Source: an uncultured Gemmataceae bacterium (GTDB lineage Bacteria; Planctomycetota; Planctomycetia; Gemmatales; Gemmataceae). From it: 64,000 nt of DNA. Made by a program: the position numbers and the translations under genes. Shown piece by piece: positions 47,209 through 57,495 of this stretch. Location: positions 8,777-72,776 of the forward strand of contig CALDUY010000020.1 of the NCBI GenBank assembly GCA_937923405.1, read 5' to 3'. Numbering within the stretch: position 1 is the first letter of the stretch; each line of letters opens with the position of its first letter. The notes beneath the pieces were generated by a model that was given only the letters and a program-made list of their open reading frames with translations, had not been told where the DNA came from and did not search any database.

Positions 47209-50200
47209 TCACTTACGCCGCCGCATCCAACGAGTGATCGTCGAACTGATCCAGATGAGGACGCTGCCGAGAAACAGCGCGACACACAAGAGGAAGTAGC
47301 CGGCTAGCAGCACGGTCCAACTGCGCTCCCAGGAATAGACATCGTCTGGATCTCGTCGTGGTTGATCGTAGTACAGCCAAAATGCCGCCACTGCGAACGT
47401 CACCAAGCCCCAGAAGCCGAACAACAGGCCGATGCGGAGCCAGCGGCGGTGCCAACTCCAGTGCGCCAAAGACAGCAGCGGTAGCCACAGTAACAGCCCC
47501 GACAGTCCCATGAATAAAATTATCTGGACCGTGGCGTACCACGGTGTCCCGACCGGCAGAAACAGTTCGTAGGAAGGAATCAGCGAGATACCTAGCGCCA
47601 CGAAGGCGACCCAGGCCAGCAGCGGATACGATGCAGCCCAGACGCGGTGCTGTCGCCAGCGACGGAACAACCACCACGGCACCAGGTACACCGCAACTCC
47701 CAGGAGAGGAAACACGCTAAAAACTAGAATCGCCGATTGGCCCGGAAACCAATCGTACCAGGGTAGCAGGCGAACGCGACGCGGATCATACGAGCCAGGC
47801 GGCAATGGCGAAACGAGATCGGGAACAGGTCCCGGCACACTCACTGTGCAGATCGTGTCGCCGTTTAGGCGTGAGGCGATGACGCGCGGTCCTTCGTTCT
47901 CTACTTCGGAAAAGAGCGGCTCGGCTTGGCTATCCTTGGGAAAACGTCCACGCCAGAGTACCACGCCGGTCTTGCCATCTAGCCCGACTATCTCGCGACG
48001 TGATTCGGCCTGTACGACCACCGTGGCGGGTCGGCCAGGACGCACCTCGGCCAAGATCCAATCGGGCGCGGCATCTTCTCTCTTGGTCGGCCAGAACCAG
48101 CCCAGTTCAAGTCGCGGCCCGTGTAACACGCGGAGACCTTGGCCGCTGCTCAGCACTAACTGATCGCGGCCATCACCTTCAAGGTCGTGAGCCTGGAAGT
48201 GCAGGAGGTAGGCGTTCGGTGTCCAGCCTCCCAGCTGACCGCGCCGGGCCAGTTCTTGACCGCGTGCCTGCACAGCGACAATCTCACCGCTGGCGTGGTG
48301 CGTCGAATAGCAGACGGCTCGTCGCCCCTTGCCTTCCAAGTCGGCCAGTACCAATGGTGGAAGGGAATGCTTGAGCAGTTGATACATCTGGGCCGGCAAG
48401 GCGTGGGTCCAGAGCGGTTGCCCGTTATCTCCTTGCAGCGCGACAATTCGATCCTCGTCAAAACAAACAACCTCGGGCTGACCGTCGCCGTCCAAGTCTC
48501 CCGCGGTGGGAGTTGGCCACGGAGTGTAGACAGTTCCCTTGTACTTCAGCTTCAGCGGATGACGCCAACGCTGCTTCCCCGAGGAAACCTCCTTGACCTG
48601 CAAAGCAAAAGAAAACACTGCATCGGTGTGATCGGAAAGAACTACGCTGACCAGATCCGGTCGGGCACCTCCCAGATCCAGTGCCACGGTGGGGAGTTTA
48701 TCGATGTCCATGTTCCCGGGGAGATTGTTGGGAAAGGAACCTAGGTCGATCAGCCGGACTGTGTACTCCGTCGGTGACATGACTACGGCTTGCCAACGAT
48801 GCGGGCCGCTTCTGTCCGAGAATCCGCTGAAAGCGTTAAACAGACGCAAATAAGCAAACTCCGGCGGCGAATCCGGTCCGGTTGGCAGGATCAGCATCGG
48901 CCGACGGGAGTTGTTCCGATCATAAAACAGATTTCTTGGACCGGAAATTTCCGCTGTTGACCAGAGTGGTTGGCCCGTCCTTCCCGAGAGCGCCTGGAGT
49001 TGGGCCGAAAGTTTGCCGCGAATCTCGTCAGAGTCGTCGCGCACTACCAGGTCGGGGAGGCCGTCACTGTCGAGATCCCCAGCGGGCAAAGGCAGAGCTA
49101 ACAGAAGATTCTCAATTCGTCGCGGTATAGCGTGCCTGCTTGTTCGGATTGGTCGAACCGCTCGTTGCCCTCGACCTGGCCAGAGCTGTTCGCCCGTTCG
49201 TCCCGAGGCCGCCGCGACACGCGATTCAGTGGCAAAGTCACTGCCGTAGCGAACTGTGACACGAGCGACATCCTCCAGACCGTCGCCGTCGCTGTCTTGA
49301 ATAGCTCTCCACGCTCCCAGGCGTCGCCAGACCTCTGCCGGCTGACCACGCAGCACGCGCAATTGAGCCTGTTGATCAACGACGCGCGAACGCGGCTGTG
49401 GCTCAGCAAAGCCTGTGGTGGTGGGCTGATATTGCTCCTGACGATAGGTGTAGACACACTCGGGTAAACTGTCGCCATCCAAATCAATACATTGAGGATC
49501 GGAAACATCCGTGAGAATGTGCGCCAGTTCGCCTCGCGACAGTTGCAGTACATAGCTATGCAGCGGTACGCTACGCGCGAGACCGCTGTTCATTTGCGTC
49601 GGCACGATGAGCAAGGGGTGACCGTCAGCTCCTTGTTGCCACAGGGCCAGCGGCTCCAATTGCAGTGTGCGAGCGACGAGTTTCTCCCGCCACCACCACA
49701 GCAGTTTTCCGTTCGCTCCCGACATGGCGTGGACAAACAGCGTTTCCTCCTCTTTGGTCCGTTTGCTGATTTCCAGATGCGCGGTGATCAGATCGCGTTC
49801 GCCGTCGCCGTCGAGATCGGGCACTGTCCGCCAACGCCAGAGACTGCCTATTTGGGCGGGATCCGAGTGCGACACTGGCGGACCTTGCTTCAGCTGAGTT
49901 TTCCATTTTTGCTGTCCGTCTTGGAGGCGAAACACCGACAGACCATAGCGACCGACCAGATCGCCGCGAACCTGTAGCGTAGCCGCGACCACGCGGTCCT
50001 TGCCCACCAGAATCGGGGTCGGGCTGGCCTCAAGCAAGCTGCTCGTCGAGTTGTATCCCAGCGTCTGTTCCCACAGCAGCCGCCGGTCGCGTAGCGACAC
50101 GGCGACCAGCAGATCGCGTGGCGCTTTGCGTCCCAGCAGCAGCACGCCTGGATGCTCGGAGCCGTCCAGTTCGACCACCAGCGGAGGATGGGCGGGCGAA

Positions 50201-50688
50201 AACTCCAGGTCGAGCGCATCGCCGAGCAACGCACCGCTCTCCGGATCGAGCAGAGCCAACCGTGTTCCGGCTAGGCACAGCACGACGGAGCGATTTGCCA
50301 CACGGACCAGACGAATCGCATGAACGAGACAGAGCGAACCGGTGGACCACTCCTTCGGCGGAACAAACCGCCACAACGGCTGTGCCGCGCCGCTGGCGAC
50401 ACGTTCCACCCAAAAGCGCGGGCCGGTTACCTGCGTTGGCTGGCCCGGTGCGGAGAGGAAAGAATCTCCTTGCGACTGAAACGCCGCTATCAGCGTTGGC
50501 TTGCCTCTCTGGTCGGGCATCAGAATCGGCATGCCCAGGATTCCCGAGCCGGCCCCCCACGGCGGCGGTATAGCTGGCTCGGGCCTGGTCGAAGCCATCG
50601 GGAACGGGAGTCCAAGCACGGTACCACCACAACGGGTTGCCGTCCCGCCCCGACACGGCCAGCAGTACGGGATGCTGCGTCGAACCAA
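47209..50688 (-). CDS. FG-GAP/beta-propeller repeat protein with C-terminal TM helices; probable C-terminal portion of a frameshifted Ser/Thr kinase gene
   Basis: Repeated DLDGDGERD, DSDGDGLED, DLDSDGLPD, DLDGDGQPE and DLEGDGRDQ calcium-binding FG-GAP-like motifs. The first ~50 residues of the ORF look out-of-frame; sensible sequence begins near GMPILMPDQRGKPTL. Confidence 0.6.
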   Translation of the reverse strand: MVRRSIPYCWPCRGGTATRCGGTVLGLPFPMASTRPEPAIPPPWGAGSGILGMPILMPDQRGKPTLIAAFQSQGDSFLSAPGQPTQVTGPRFWVERVASGAAQPLWRFVPPKEWSTGSLCLVHAIRLVRVANRSVVLCLAGTRLALLDPESGALLGDALDLEFSPAHPPLVVELDGSEHPGVLLLGRKAPRDLLVAVSLRDRRLLWEQTLGYNSTSSLLEASPTPILVGKDRVVAATLQVRGDLVGRYGLSVFRLQDGQQKWKTQLKQGPPVSHSDPAQIGSLWRWRTVPDLDGDGERDLITAHLEISKRTKEEETLFVHAMSGANGKLLWWWREKLVARTLQLEPLALWQQGADGHPLLIVPTQMNSGLARSVPLHSYVLQLSRGELAHILTDVSDPQCIDLDGDSLPECVYTYRQEQYQPTTTGFAEPQPRSRVVDQQAQLRVLRGQPAEVWRRLGAWRAIQDSDGDGLEDVARVTVRYGSDFATESRVAAASGRTGEQLWPGRGQRAVRPIRTSRHAIPRRIENLLLALPLPAGDLDSDGLPDLVVRDDSDEIRGKLSAQLQALSGRTGQPLWSTAEISGPRNLFYDRNNSRRPMLILPTGPDSPPEFAYLRLFNAFSGFSDRSGPHRWQAVVMSPTEYTVRLIDLGSFPNNLPGNMDIDKLPTVALDLGGARPDLVSVVLSDHTDAVFSFALQVKEVSSGKQRWRHPLKLKYKGTVYTPWPTPTAGDLDGDGQPEVVCFDEDRIVALQGDNGQPLWTHALPAQMYQLLKHSLPPLVLADLEGKGRRAVCYSTHHASGEIVAVQARGQELARRGQLGGWTPNAYLLHFQAHDLEGDGRDQLVLSSGQGLRVLHGPRLELGWFWPTKREDAAPDWILAEVRPGRPATVVVQAESRREIVGLDGKTGVVLWRGRFPKDSQAEPLFSEVENEGPRVIASRLNGDTICTVSVPGPVPDLVSPLPPGSYDPRRVRLLPWYDWFPGQSAILVFSVFPLLGVAVYLVPWWLFRRWRQHRVWAASYPLLAWVAFVALGISLIPSYELFLPVGTPWYATVQIILFMGLSGLLLWLPLLSLAHWSWHRRWLRIGLLFGFWGLVTFAVAAFWLYYDQPRRDPDDVYSWERSWTVLLAGYFLLCVALFLGSVLIWISSTITRWMRRRK

Positions 50689-52462
50689 TTACTACCTCGG
50701 AAAAGCCGTCCCCGTCCAGGTCCACGACCTGATCGAGAACGATCGGCTCTAGGCCCGGTTGCGAAGTCCAAATCAGGTTAAACCAAACATTCCTTTCCAT
50801 TCCCTTCGGCAGGGTATCATCAGAAATCGCTAGACTCCAGCGGGGTTGGAGCGTCGCGCCGTCCAGCAGACGCAGCGTCCGGCTATATTGTTCGATCACT
50901 GCCAGATCATGACCCGTCTTTTTAGGGATAAAATAGATCTTGTTTTTCTCACTATTGAGTGTAACCGGCCTGGTCTGCTGTCGCTCACCGACCCGCAACT
51001 TGAACTGCTGGACAAAGCCGCGTTCCAGTTCGAGCAGCCAGGTTTCACTGAGATCGCCGGGCCGCCAGACCTGCACCCGGTAGGGACCAGCGGGCAACGA
51101 CAGCGGCTCGGCCATCGGCACGGTGACCCGAGTCAACCTTCCGTCCCGTTGGGAGAGAATCTCGGCGATCAGAGCTGGCCCCTCTGTAGTCAGTTGGAGT
51201 TGCCCCCGTTGAGCCTGGTCGAGGTAGTTCCACAACAGACTCAGACAGGCGACGAGCAGGACGGTGCTCAGCATCGTGATCGCGGTGAGAATGGCCGCTC
51301 GTTGATGTTTGTTGAACCAGCGAACCGTCAGTTCGAGCAAACTAGGTCGCTGGGCCGTGATCGGCTCATTAGCGAGGAAGCGTCCGAGATCAGCAGCCAG
51401 GTCGATGGCGCTGACATAGCGGCGAGCTGGATCCTTGCTCAGGCATTTCAGCGTAATCGTCTCCAGGTCGCGGGGTACGTTCGGTTGTAGCAAGCGGGGC
51501 GGCGCGGGTTCCTCGCTGATGACTTGCAAGATGGTGTCTAACGGTGTGGCGGCGCGGAAGGGAGGCCGACCCGTCAGGCATTCATACAAGATGGCCCCCA
51601 GTGAATAGATATCCGCCGCTGGCCCAATGTCCTTCTTGGCTTCGGCCTGCTCAGGAGCCATGTACGACGGCGTGCCTATGATGGCATTGGTTTGAGTCAG
51701 TCCCTGTTCGTCGAGTTTGCGAGCCAGGCCAAAGTCAGTGATCTTGGGAATGGCCGATGTCAGATCACCGCTTGTCGATGAATCCTCCTGGCCCACACTC
51801 CGCATGCCGCTATCCTTCTGCATTACTGCGAGTAGCACGTTGGCCGGTTTCAGATCGCGGTGAACAATGCCGGCTCGATGGGCGGCTTCCATCGCTTCAG
51901 CCAGTTGTCGCACCAGGTGGGCGGCTTGTCGAGGAGGTAGCGGCGTCCCCTGCAACATTTTCTCCAGACTGCCACCTTGGCAAAACTCCAGCGAGAAATA
52001 AGGCCGTCCCTCATGTTCCCCCACTTCATAGACCTGCACGATGTGAGGATGTTGCAACCGAGCTATCGCCTCGGCCTCGATGCGGAATCGAGCCAGGTCG
52101 TTCGGGCCGGCATGGACTCCAGCAAGGATCATTTTCAGGGCCACGATCCGCTTCAGTCCCAGTTGTCGGGCGCGATAGACCACGCCCATACCGCCCCGAC
52201 CAAGCTCTTCGAGAATTTCGTACCCTGTCAGAACTGATGGCGTGTCAGGCGTAGCCAGGTCGAAAGTAGAGTGAGTTTGAGTAGCTTGTGGATCCAACGC
52301 TCGCTGAGGTGGTAACGTGGCGGCTTCGGGGGTTGCTGGCTCCGATCGAGATGCCTCTTCCGCGCCACAAATGGGACAGTGTGCCTGACCGGGTGCTACC
52401 GGTGCTTCCGTGTCGAGCAATTGCCAGCGGTGCCCCAACCGGCAGATCAACCAGACGTTCAT
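50030..52462 (-). CDS. Ser/Thr protein kinase (N-terminal Zn-ribbon + kinase domain + first FG-GAP repeats); frame degenerates after ~aa 620 (about 50560)
   Basis: CPICG zinc-ribbon. LGRGGMGVVYRA, ALK, HRDLKPANVLL, DFGLAR and TPSYMAPE kinase subdomains. DLDGDGFSEVVIG FG-GAP repeat. The tail (RASYTAAVGGRLGNPGHADSDARP...) has wrong-frame R/A/S-rich composition. Confidence 0.7.
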   Translation of the reverse strand: MNVWLICRLGHRWQLLDTEAPVAPGQAHCPICGAEEASRSEPATPEAATLPPQRALDPQATQTHSTFDLATPDTPSVLTGYEILEELGRGGMGVVYRARQLGLKRIVALKMILAGVHAGPNDLARFRIEAEAIARLQHPHIVQVYEVGEHEGRPYFSLEFCQGGSLEKMLQGTPLPPRQAAHLVRQLAEAMEAAHRAGIVHRDLKPANVLLAVMQKDSGMRSVGQEDSSTSGDLTSAIPKITDFGLARKLDEQGLTQTNAIIGTPSYMAPEQAEAKKDIGPAADIYSLGAILYECLTGRPPFRAATPLDTILQVISEEPAPPRLLQPNVPRDLETITLKCLSKDPARRYVSAIDLAADLGRFLANEPITAQRPSLLELTVRWFNKHQRAAILTAITMLSTVLLVACLSLLWNYLDQAQRGQLQLTTEGPALIAEILSQRDGRLTRVTVPMAEPLSLPAGPYRVQVWRPGDLSETWLLELERGFVQQFKLRVGERQQTRPVTLNSEKNKIYFIPKKTGHDLAVIEQYSRTLRLLDGATLQPRWSLAISDDTLPKGMERNVWFNLIWTSQPGLEPIVLDQVVDLDGDGFSEVVIGSTQHPVLLAVSGRDGNPLWWYRAWTPVPDGFDQARASYTAAVGGRLGNPGHADSDARPERQANADSGVSVARRFFPLRTGPANAGNRPALLGGTCRQRRGTAVVAVCSAEGVVHRFALSRSCDSSGPCGKSLRRAVPSRNTVGSARSGERCVARRCARPGVFARPSSAGGRTGRLRASRRAAAGTQSATRSAGRRVATRPAAAVGTDAGIQLDEQLA

Positions 52463-52672
52463 TTCTCACCCTGTTCGGGGTTCCAGGCGAGTTTGACAAC
52501 CGGGTCCATCAGTACTCCCACTCGCCCCAGCAGAGCTTGCAGCAGAAGAAACGCAGTCCAAGGAAGGGATGGCCAAGATTACCGCGTCCCAGTTAATTTT
52601 CCTCGGCTAGTGCCGCGTCCAACTCTTTACCTACCGGATGCCGTGAACCGCTGTATTTCTAGAATAAATTTT

Positions 52673-53176
52673 ATGAACTCACTTAACTATCCTCCGCTTC
52701 TCACTGAACTGCTCGCGCTTCCCTGCCGTATGCCGCTGGGACCGGGCACACCGGATCATTCTGTCGTCACTCAGCTACGACAGATGGTGATTCCCCAAGC
52801 ACGGAATGCGACGGCGGCTCGCGCCTGTCTCGCTGGTTTGTGGCTGCGCTTCAACCATCTCGACGAGTCGCACCAAATCAGTCAGGAGTTGCACACTTCG
52901 GAAGGCTCGGCCTGGCATGCTATCATGCATCGCCGCGAGCCGGACGCTTGGAATAGTAAGTATTGGTGGCGACGAGTCGGCACGCATCCGTTCCTGGATG
53001 CCCTCCGGGCCCAGGCTCCCCAACTCGGTTATGCCTTTACCACTGCCGACGCCTTCGTCGATTTTTGCGAGCAGAACCGAGGAAAGGGCAACACCGACGA
53101 GCAACTCGCCGAGGCGGTACAGGAGTTAGAATGGCGGCTGTTGTTTGAACACTGCTACCACCAAGCGATGAGCTGA
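52673..53176 (+). CDS. Hypothetical protein (~167 aa)
   Basis: ORF from ATG (MNSLNYPP...) after an AT-rich upstream segment. No recognisable family. Confidence 0.4.
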   Translation: MNSLNYPPLLTELLALPCRMPLGPGTPDHSVVTQLRQMVIPQARNATAARACLAGLWLRFNHLDESHQISQELHTSEGSAWHAIMHRREPDAWNSKYWWRRVGTHPFLDALRAQAPQLGYAFTTADAFVDFCEQNRGKGNTDEQLAEAVQELEWRLLFEHCYHQAMS

Positions 53177-53207
53177 TCAACTGTTTGGTCGCGCGAGCAA
53201 AGCCGAA

Positions 53208-53269
53208 CGCAGGCTAAAGCCTGCGGCTAGCTGGCAATCCGAACCGGTAGTCGCAGGCTTTCGCCTGCG
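53208..53269. repeat. Two REP-like palindromic units (CGCAGGCTaaAGCCTGCG and CGCAGGCtttcGCCTGCG)
   Basis: In the convergent intergenic region between the hypothetical gene and the DUF1501 gene. Confidence 0.7.
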
Positions 53270-53483
53270 AGCCGCTACACCATGTTGTAACGCGTACTAG
53301 CCACTGTCGTTGGCATCGTTCTGTACGAGGCACTCCGTCGTCAGGTCTGTGACTGGTGTGACGGCAGAGGCAAGGTACTTCCTAATTCTCTGACGAGCGA
53401 CAGAGCTGCTGAATCGATTGCCTTCCGCAAGCTGAAAAGAGACAAGACGAGGGGGGAAATTTCCCCCTCGCCGGTTTGCGAAC

Positions 53484-54791
53484 TTACACCAACTCGGCGA
53501 TCGGCTTGCCCGAGACGATCATCGGTGTGGGTCGTCCCGTGGGATCCTTGAAGTGCAGATCCTGCGGAATGCCCAGGACGTGGAACACCGTCGCCATCAG
53601 ATCTTGCGGAGTGATCGGGGTGGACTTGGGCACCTCAGCCTTCTCGGACGATTGACCGACAACCTGTCCCATCTTTAAGCCACCTCCCGCCAGGGCCAGC
53701 GTCGACAGCGGTGCCCAGTGATCGCGACCGGCACTGGGATTGATGCGCGGTGTGCGACCAAACTCGCCGGTGATGACCAGCAGAATGTCGTTCTGTAGGC
53801 CGCGTGTGTGGACATCTTCAAGGAAGGTACTGACGGCTCGATCCACTTGGGACCCGAGGTTGCGCATGGCGGGGGCGATCTGGCCGTGCATGTCCCAGCC
53901 GCCGTGGTGGATGGTGACGAAGCCGACTCCCGCCTCGCAGAGCCGCCGTGCCAGCAGTAGTTGCGCTCCCAGCCCCGTCTTGCCGTAACGATCACGCAAG
54001 CGGACATCTTCTCGGTTCAGATCGAACACCTCACGAGCACGGCTGCGGAGCAGGTCGAACGCCTGAGTATCGAAGCTATCTAGACCAGCGGCCAAGCCGG
54101 TTTTGTCGATGGTTCGGTCCAGCTGATCGAACGTCTGAAGCAGGCTGCGGCGATTCTCCAAGCGCTCGAACGGAATGGTCGGCGTCATGTTGCGCTGGGC
54201 ATTGCCGCCCACGTCGAACGGCGCATAGGCCGAACCGAGCCAAGTGGGACCATCGGCATAAATCCCGTTGAGGCGAACGTAGGTGGGCAGGCCGGTGCGT
54301 GGATCGGTCGCGCCGCGATGGCGGCTGAGGATGCTACCCAGGGCTGGTTTGACCGCTGGTTGATTGTTATCCGCAGGTGGAAAGTCGTAGCCGGTCATCA
54401 CCCAGTGCGTGCCGCCGCTGTGCCCCGAGTTGCGATGAGCGAACGAGCGAACGATGGCGAGTTTGTCCGCGTGCTGAGCCAAGCGAGGGAAGATGCCGCC
54501 CAGCTCGATGCCGGGCACGTTGGTCTGAACCGCGCCGACCGTACTACGAAACTCGACGGGAGCAGACATTTTCGGGTCGAAAGTTTCGATGTGCGTGGGA
54601 CCGCCGCCTAGCCAGAGCCAAACTACTGAGGTGCTTTTGGTCATCTGACCGCGAGCAGATTCGGCGGCACGGACCCGGAACAGGTCGGCCAGTGTCAGTC
54701 CGCCCAGACCTAGCATGCCTACTTGCAGAAAGTCGCGACGGCTGGCTCCATCGCAGGTCGTCCCAGAGCGGGACAGTCGGAGGGTGAACAT
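53484..54791 (-). CDS. DUF1501 (sulfatase-like) protein with Tat signal
   Basis: RRDFLQVGMLGLGGL Tat motif; WLGGGP.H.ETFDPK, HW and FGRTP conserved DUF1501 blocks. Internal Met start (MFTLRL). Confidence 0.8.
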   Translation of the reverse strand: MFTLRLSRSGTTCDGASRRDFLQVGMLGLGGLTLADLFRVRAAESARGQMTKSTSVVWLWLGGGPTHIETFDPKMSAPVEFRSTVGAVQTNVPGIELGGIFPRLAQHADKLAIVRSFAHRNSGHSGGTHWVMTGYDFPPADNNQPAVKPALGSILSRHRGATDPRTGLPTYVRLNGIYADGPTWLGSAYAPFDVGGNAQRNMTPTIPFERLENRRSLLQTFDQLDRTIDKTGLAAGLDSFDTQAFDLLRSRAREVFDLNREDVRLRDRYGKTGLGAQLLLARRLCEAGVGFVTIHHGGWDMHGQIAPAMRNLGSQVDRAVSTFLEDVHTRGLQNDILLVITGEFGRTPRINPSAGRDHWAPLSTLALAGGGLKMGQVVGQSSEKAEVPKSTPITPQDLMATVFHVLGIPQDLHFKDPTGRPTPMIVSGKPIAELV

Positions 54792-55090
54792 GCAACAATC
54801 CTTCGTGTTAGCCCGCGCGTCGGTCGACGAAAAGCCGAGGAGGGAAGGAGTGGCCGGCCAACCGTGGCGGGTGCCGCTGAAACGTGAACTCCCCACCAGC
54901 GTAAACCAGCGACGACCTTGCCGTCAATCGAAAAGTCGATCTTTTCTCCTGCGATCTACAGCCAAGGTTCGCTCTGAGTCTGGCTCGTTCGACCGCGAGG
55001 GTCGTGCCGATCGGTCCATTGTGCTTCCAGATCTATAATGGCGTTTGTAGCTAATCACACTCGTCGGAGCGGTTACAAGGAAGCCTTGCC

Positions 55091-56227
55091 ATGTCCGAGC
55101 CAAACTCGGCGGAGCTGTGCGAACTGTTGGCGTTACATCTGGTCGATGGCCTCGGACCACAACGTATCGCGACGTTGCTCGAACGGTTCGGCACTGCGAC
55201 GGCGGCTCGTCGAGCTACACCTCAACAGTTACTCGACCTCCCGGGGTTTGGTCCACAAGTCGCCGCAAAGGTGGCGGCCCAGCTCGCTCTGGTCGATGGC
55301 CAGGCAGAGTGGGAACGGATCCAGCGCGCCGGGGTGACGCTGCTGGTGCAGGGGAAGCCAGGCTATCCCGAAGCCTTGGAACCCCTTCCTGCCGCTCCTC
55401 GGTTGCTCTTCCTCAAAGGGACGTATCTCCTGCAAGATGCCCGGGCAGTGGCGTTGGTCGGCACTCGTCACCCAGATGCCTACGGCAAACGACTGGCTCG
55501 CTCGTTGGCCGAGGGATTAGCTCGCGCTGGCGTCACCGTGGTTTCGGGGCTAGCCCGAGGCATCGACGGCTTGGCTCATCAGGCGGCACTGGAGGCGGGC
55601 GGACGGACACTTGCGGTGCTGGCTGGTGGGCTGTCGCGCATCTATCCGCCCGAACACGGCGAGTTGGCCAATCGTGTCGTCGCTGCCGGTGGCCTCTTCA
55701 GTGAAGCGACTATGCTCGAAGAACCGACCAAGTGGCGTTTCCCCGCGCGAAATCGCATCATCAGCGGGCTGTCGCGGGTCGTCGTCATCGTTCAGGCACC
55801 TACGGATTCTGGCGCACTGATTACTGCCGAGCACGCCGCCGATCAAGGCAAGCTAGTGCTGGCTGTGCCCGGTTTGGTCGACAACGCTGCCAACGCTGGT
55901 TGCCACCGCCTGCTGCGCGAGGGGGCGATTCTCTGCCGCGGGGTCGAGGACATTCTGGAGGAACTGGATGGAGTTCCGGTCGATACGCCACAGAAAATTG
56001 ATAAAAGCTTTCCGAAAAATACTATTAAGTCACCTGGACCGCCGCCCGGACTGGACGAGTTGCAACTTCGCGTGTGGGAACTGCTCAGCGATGGCTCTAA
56101 GCACGGCGATGAGTTGGCCCGCCTTGCTAGCCTAGGCGTCGCTCAGCTGGCCGGTGTGCTGCTCAGCCTGGAGATGAAGCGGAGCATTCGCCGACTGCCG
56201 GGCAATCGCTACGAACGGCTCACTTGA
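55091..56227 (+). CDS. dprA: DNA-processing protein DprA (Smf)
   Basis: VVSGLARGIDGLAHQAALEAGGRTLAVLAGGL...RNRIISGLS...VVIVQAP.DSGALITA...AVPG Rossmann-like DprA core, plus C-terminal winged-helix. Confidence 0.85.
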   Translation: MSEPNSAELCELLALHLVDGLGPQRIATLLERFGTATAARRATPQQLLDLPGFGPQVAAKVAAQLALVDGQAEWERIQRAGVTLLVQGKPGYPEALEPLPAAPRLLFLKGTYLLQDARAVALVGTRHPDAYGKRLARSLAEGLARAGVTVVSGLARGIDGLAHQAALEAGGRTLAVLAGGLSRIYPPEHGELANRVVAAGGLFSEATMLEEPTKWRFPARNRIISGLSRVVVIVQAPTDSGALITAEHAADQGKLVLAVPGLVDNAANAGCHRLLREGAILCRGVEDILEELDGVPVDTPQKIDKSFPKNTIKSPGPPPGLDELQLRVWELLSDGSKHGDELARLASLGVAQLAGVLLSLEMKRSIRRLPGNRYERLT

Positions 56228-57410
56228 ACGCCTCGTACTCCTTGCCTAGCAAGTTGGCCGCCAGCTTCATCTTGAGAATCTCGTCGGTGCCTTCGTAGAT
56301 GCGACAAACGCGAACGTCCATCAGATGCCGACCGACCCGATAGAGCGTCGACCAACCGCGACCACCGTAGATCTGCACAGCGCGATCGGCGGCATCCCAG
56401 GCGGCGTTGGTGATGAACAGCTTGGCCTGGGCAGCCAGCCGTTCGGCTCGCGCGGCCAGTTCTCGATTGCTCGGCTCGGCGTTGGCGGCGTCCTTGGCCT
56501 CGGCAGCGCGCATCAGCACGCAATCCGAGGCAAACCGATCCTGCTCGATCGCCGCCAGATGCTCCTGGACCAGCTGATGCTTGCCGATCGGTTTGCCGTG
56601 CTGATGCCGTTCCTTGCAGTAGCTGAGACATTCGGCCAGGCAGTCCTCGATCACGCCCAGACACCCCGCCGCCACAGAGAGTCGGCCCGAGACGAGCGTC
56701 CCCATCGCGATGCGGAATCCCTGCCCTTCTTCGCCGAGTAGATTGGAGGTTGGCACACGCAGTTCGCGCATTTCAAACATCGCCGTGTTCGAGGTCGGCA
56801 TGCCCATCTTGGCGGTAAGATCCTCGCTCTCGAAGCCAGGGCCGCGATCGACGATGAAGGCGCTGATGCGACTGCCGGGCTGTACTTGTCCCTCTGGACC
56901 GGCGGGATAAGCGAAAGTGACAACCGCGTGACAAATTCCTCCATTAGAGATCAAATATTTGACCCCATTGAGGACATAATGATCGCCCTCTTTGCGGTAG
57001 GTCGAGGTCATCTCCAGCGGATTGCTGCCGGCCTCCGGTTCGGTCAGACCGAAGGCGAGCAGCTTCTCGCCTCGCGCCGCCGCCGGGAGGTACCGTTGCT
57101 TCTGCTCCTCATTGCCCCAGGTGAGAATGGGATACTCACCGATCGAAGTGTGGCCGGAAAAGAAGGTCCGCACCCCGGTTCCTTCTCGACCGATGCGCAC
57201 CAAGGCTCGGGCATAGCTGACGGTGTCGGCTCCACGTCCGCCGTATTTCGTCGGCACGGGCATGGCCAGCAGGTTGTACTTGCGGGCCAGCGGAATGACC
57301 TGATCGTTGAAACGATGTTCCACGTAGCAGAGTTCTTCGATGGGCCGAATCGCCTGGCAGAACGCCTCGACATCCTCCAACAGTTTCTGCTGATCTGCCG
57401 CCCTGAACAT
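56220..57410 (-). CDS. Acyl-CoA dehydrogenase family protein
   Basis: FGLTEPEAGSNP, YLISNGG and YEGTDEI signatures. Confidence 0.85.
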   Translation of the reverse strand: MFRAADQQKLLEDVEAFCQAIRPIEELCYVEHRFNDQVIPLARKYNLLAMPVPTKYGGRGADTVSYARALVRIGREGTGVRTFFSGHTSIGEYPILTWGNEEQKQRYLPAAARGEKLLAFGLTEPEAGSNPLEMTSTYRKEGDHYVLNGVKYLISNGGICHAVVTFAYPAGPEGQVQPGSRISAFIVDRGPGFESEDLTAKMGMPTSNTAMFEMRELRVPTSNLLGEEGQGFRIAMGTLVSGRLSVAAGCLGVIEDCLAECLSYCKERHQHGKPIGKHQLVQEHLAAIEQDRFASDCVLMRAAEAKDAANAEPSNRELAARAERLAAQAKLFITNAAWDAADRAVQIYGGRGWSTLYRVGRHLMDVRVCRIYEGTDEILKMKLAANLLGKEYEAFK

Positions 57411-57495
57411 GACCGCATCCTCCCAGGAAGGGGCGTTGGATAAGCCTTTACTTCAGTGTAGCCAAGTTGGTGACGGACGGACAAGCCAAGGCCGC

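Noticed and set aside
46975-47307. ORFs (110 and 62 aa) immediately after tRNA-Glu
   Set aside because: TTG/GTG starts abutting the tRNA 3' end. Lies in the 3' UTR/terminator region of the convergent large gene. No conservation signals.
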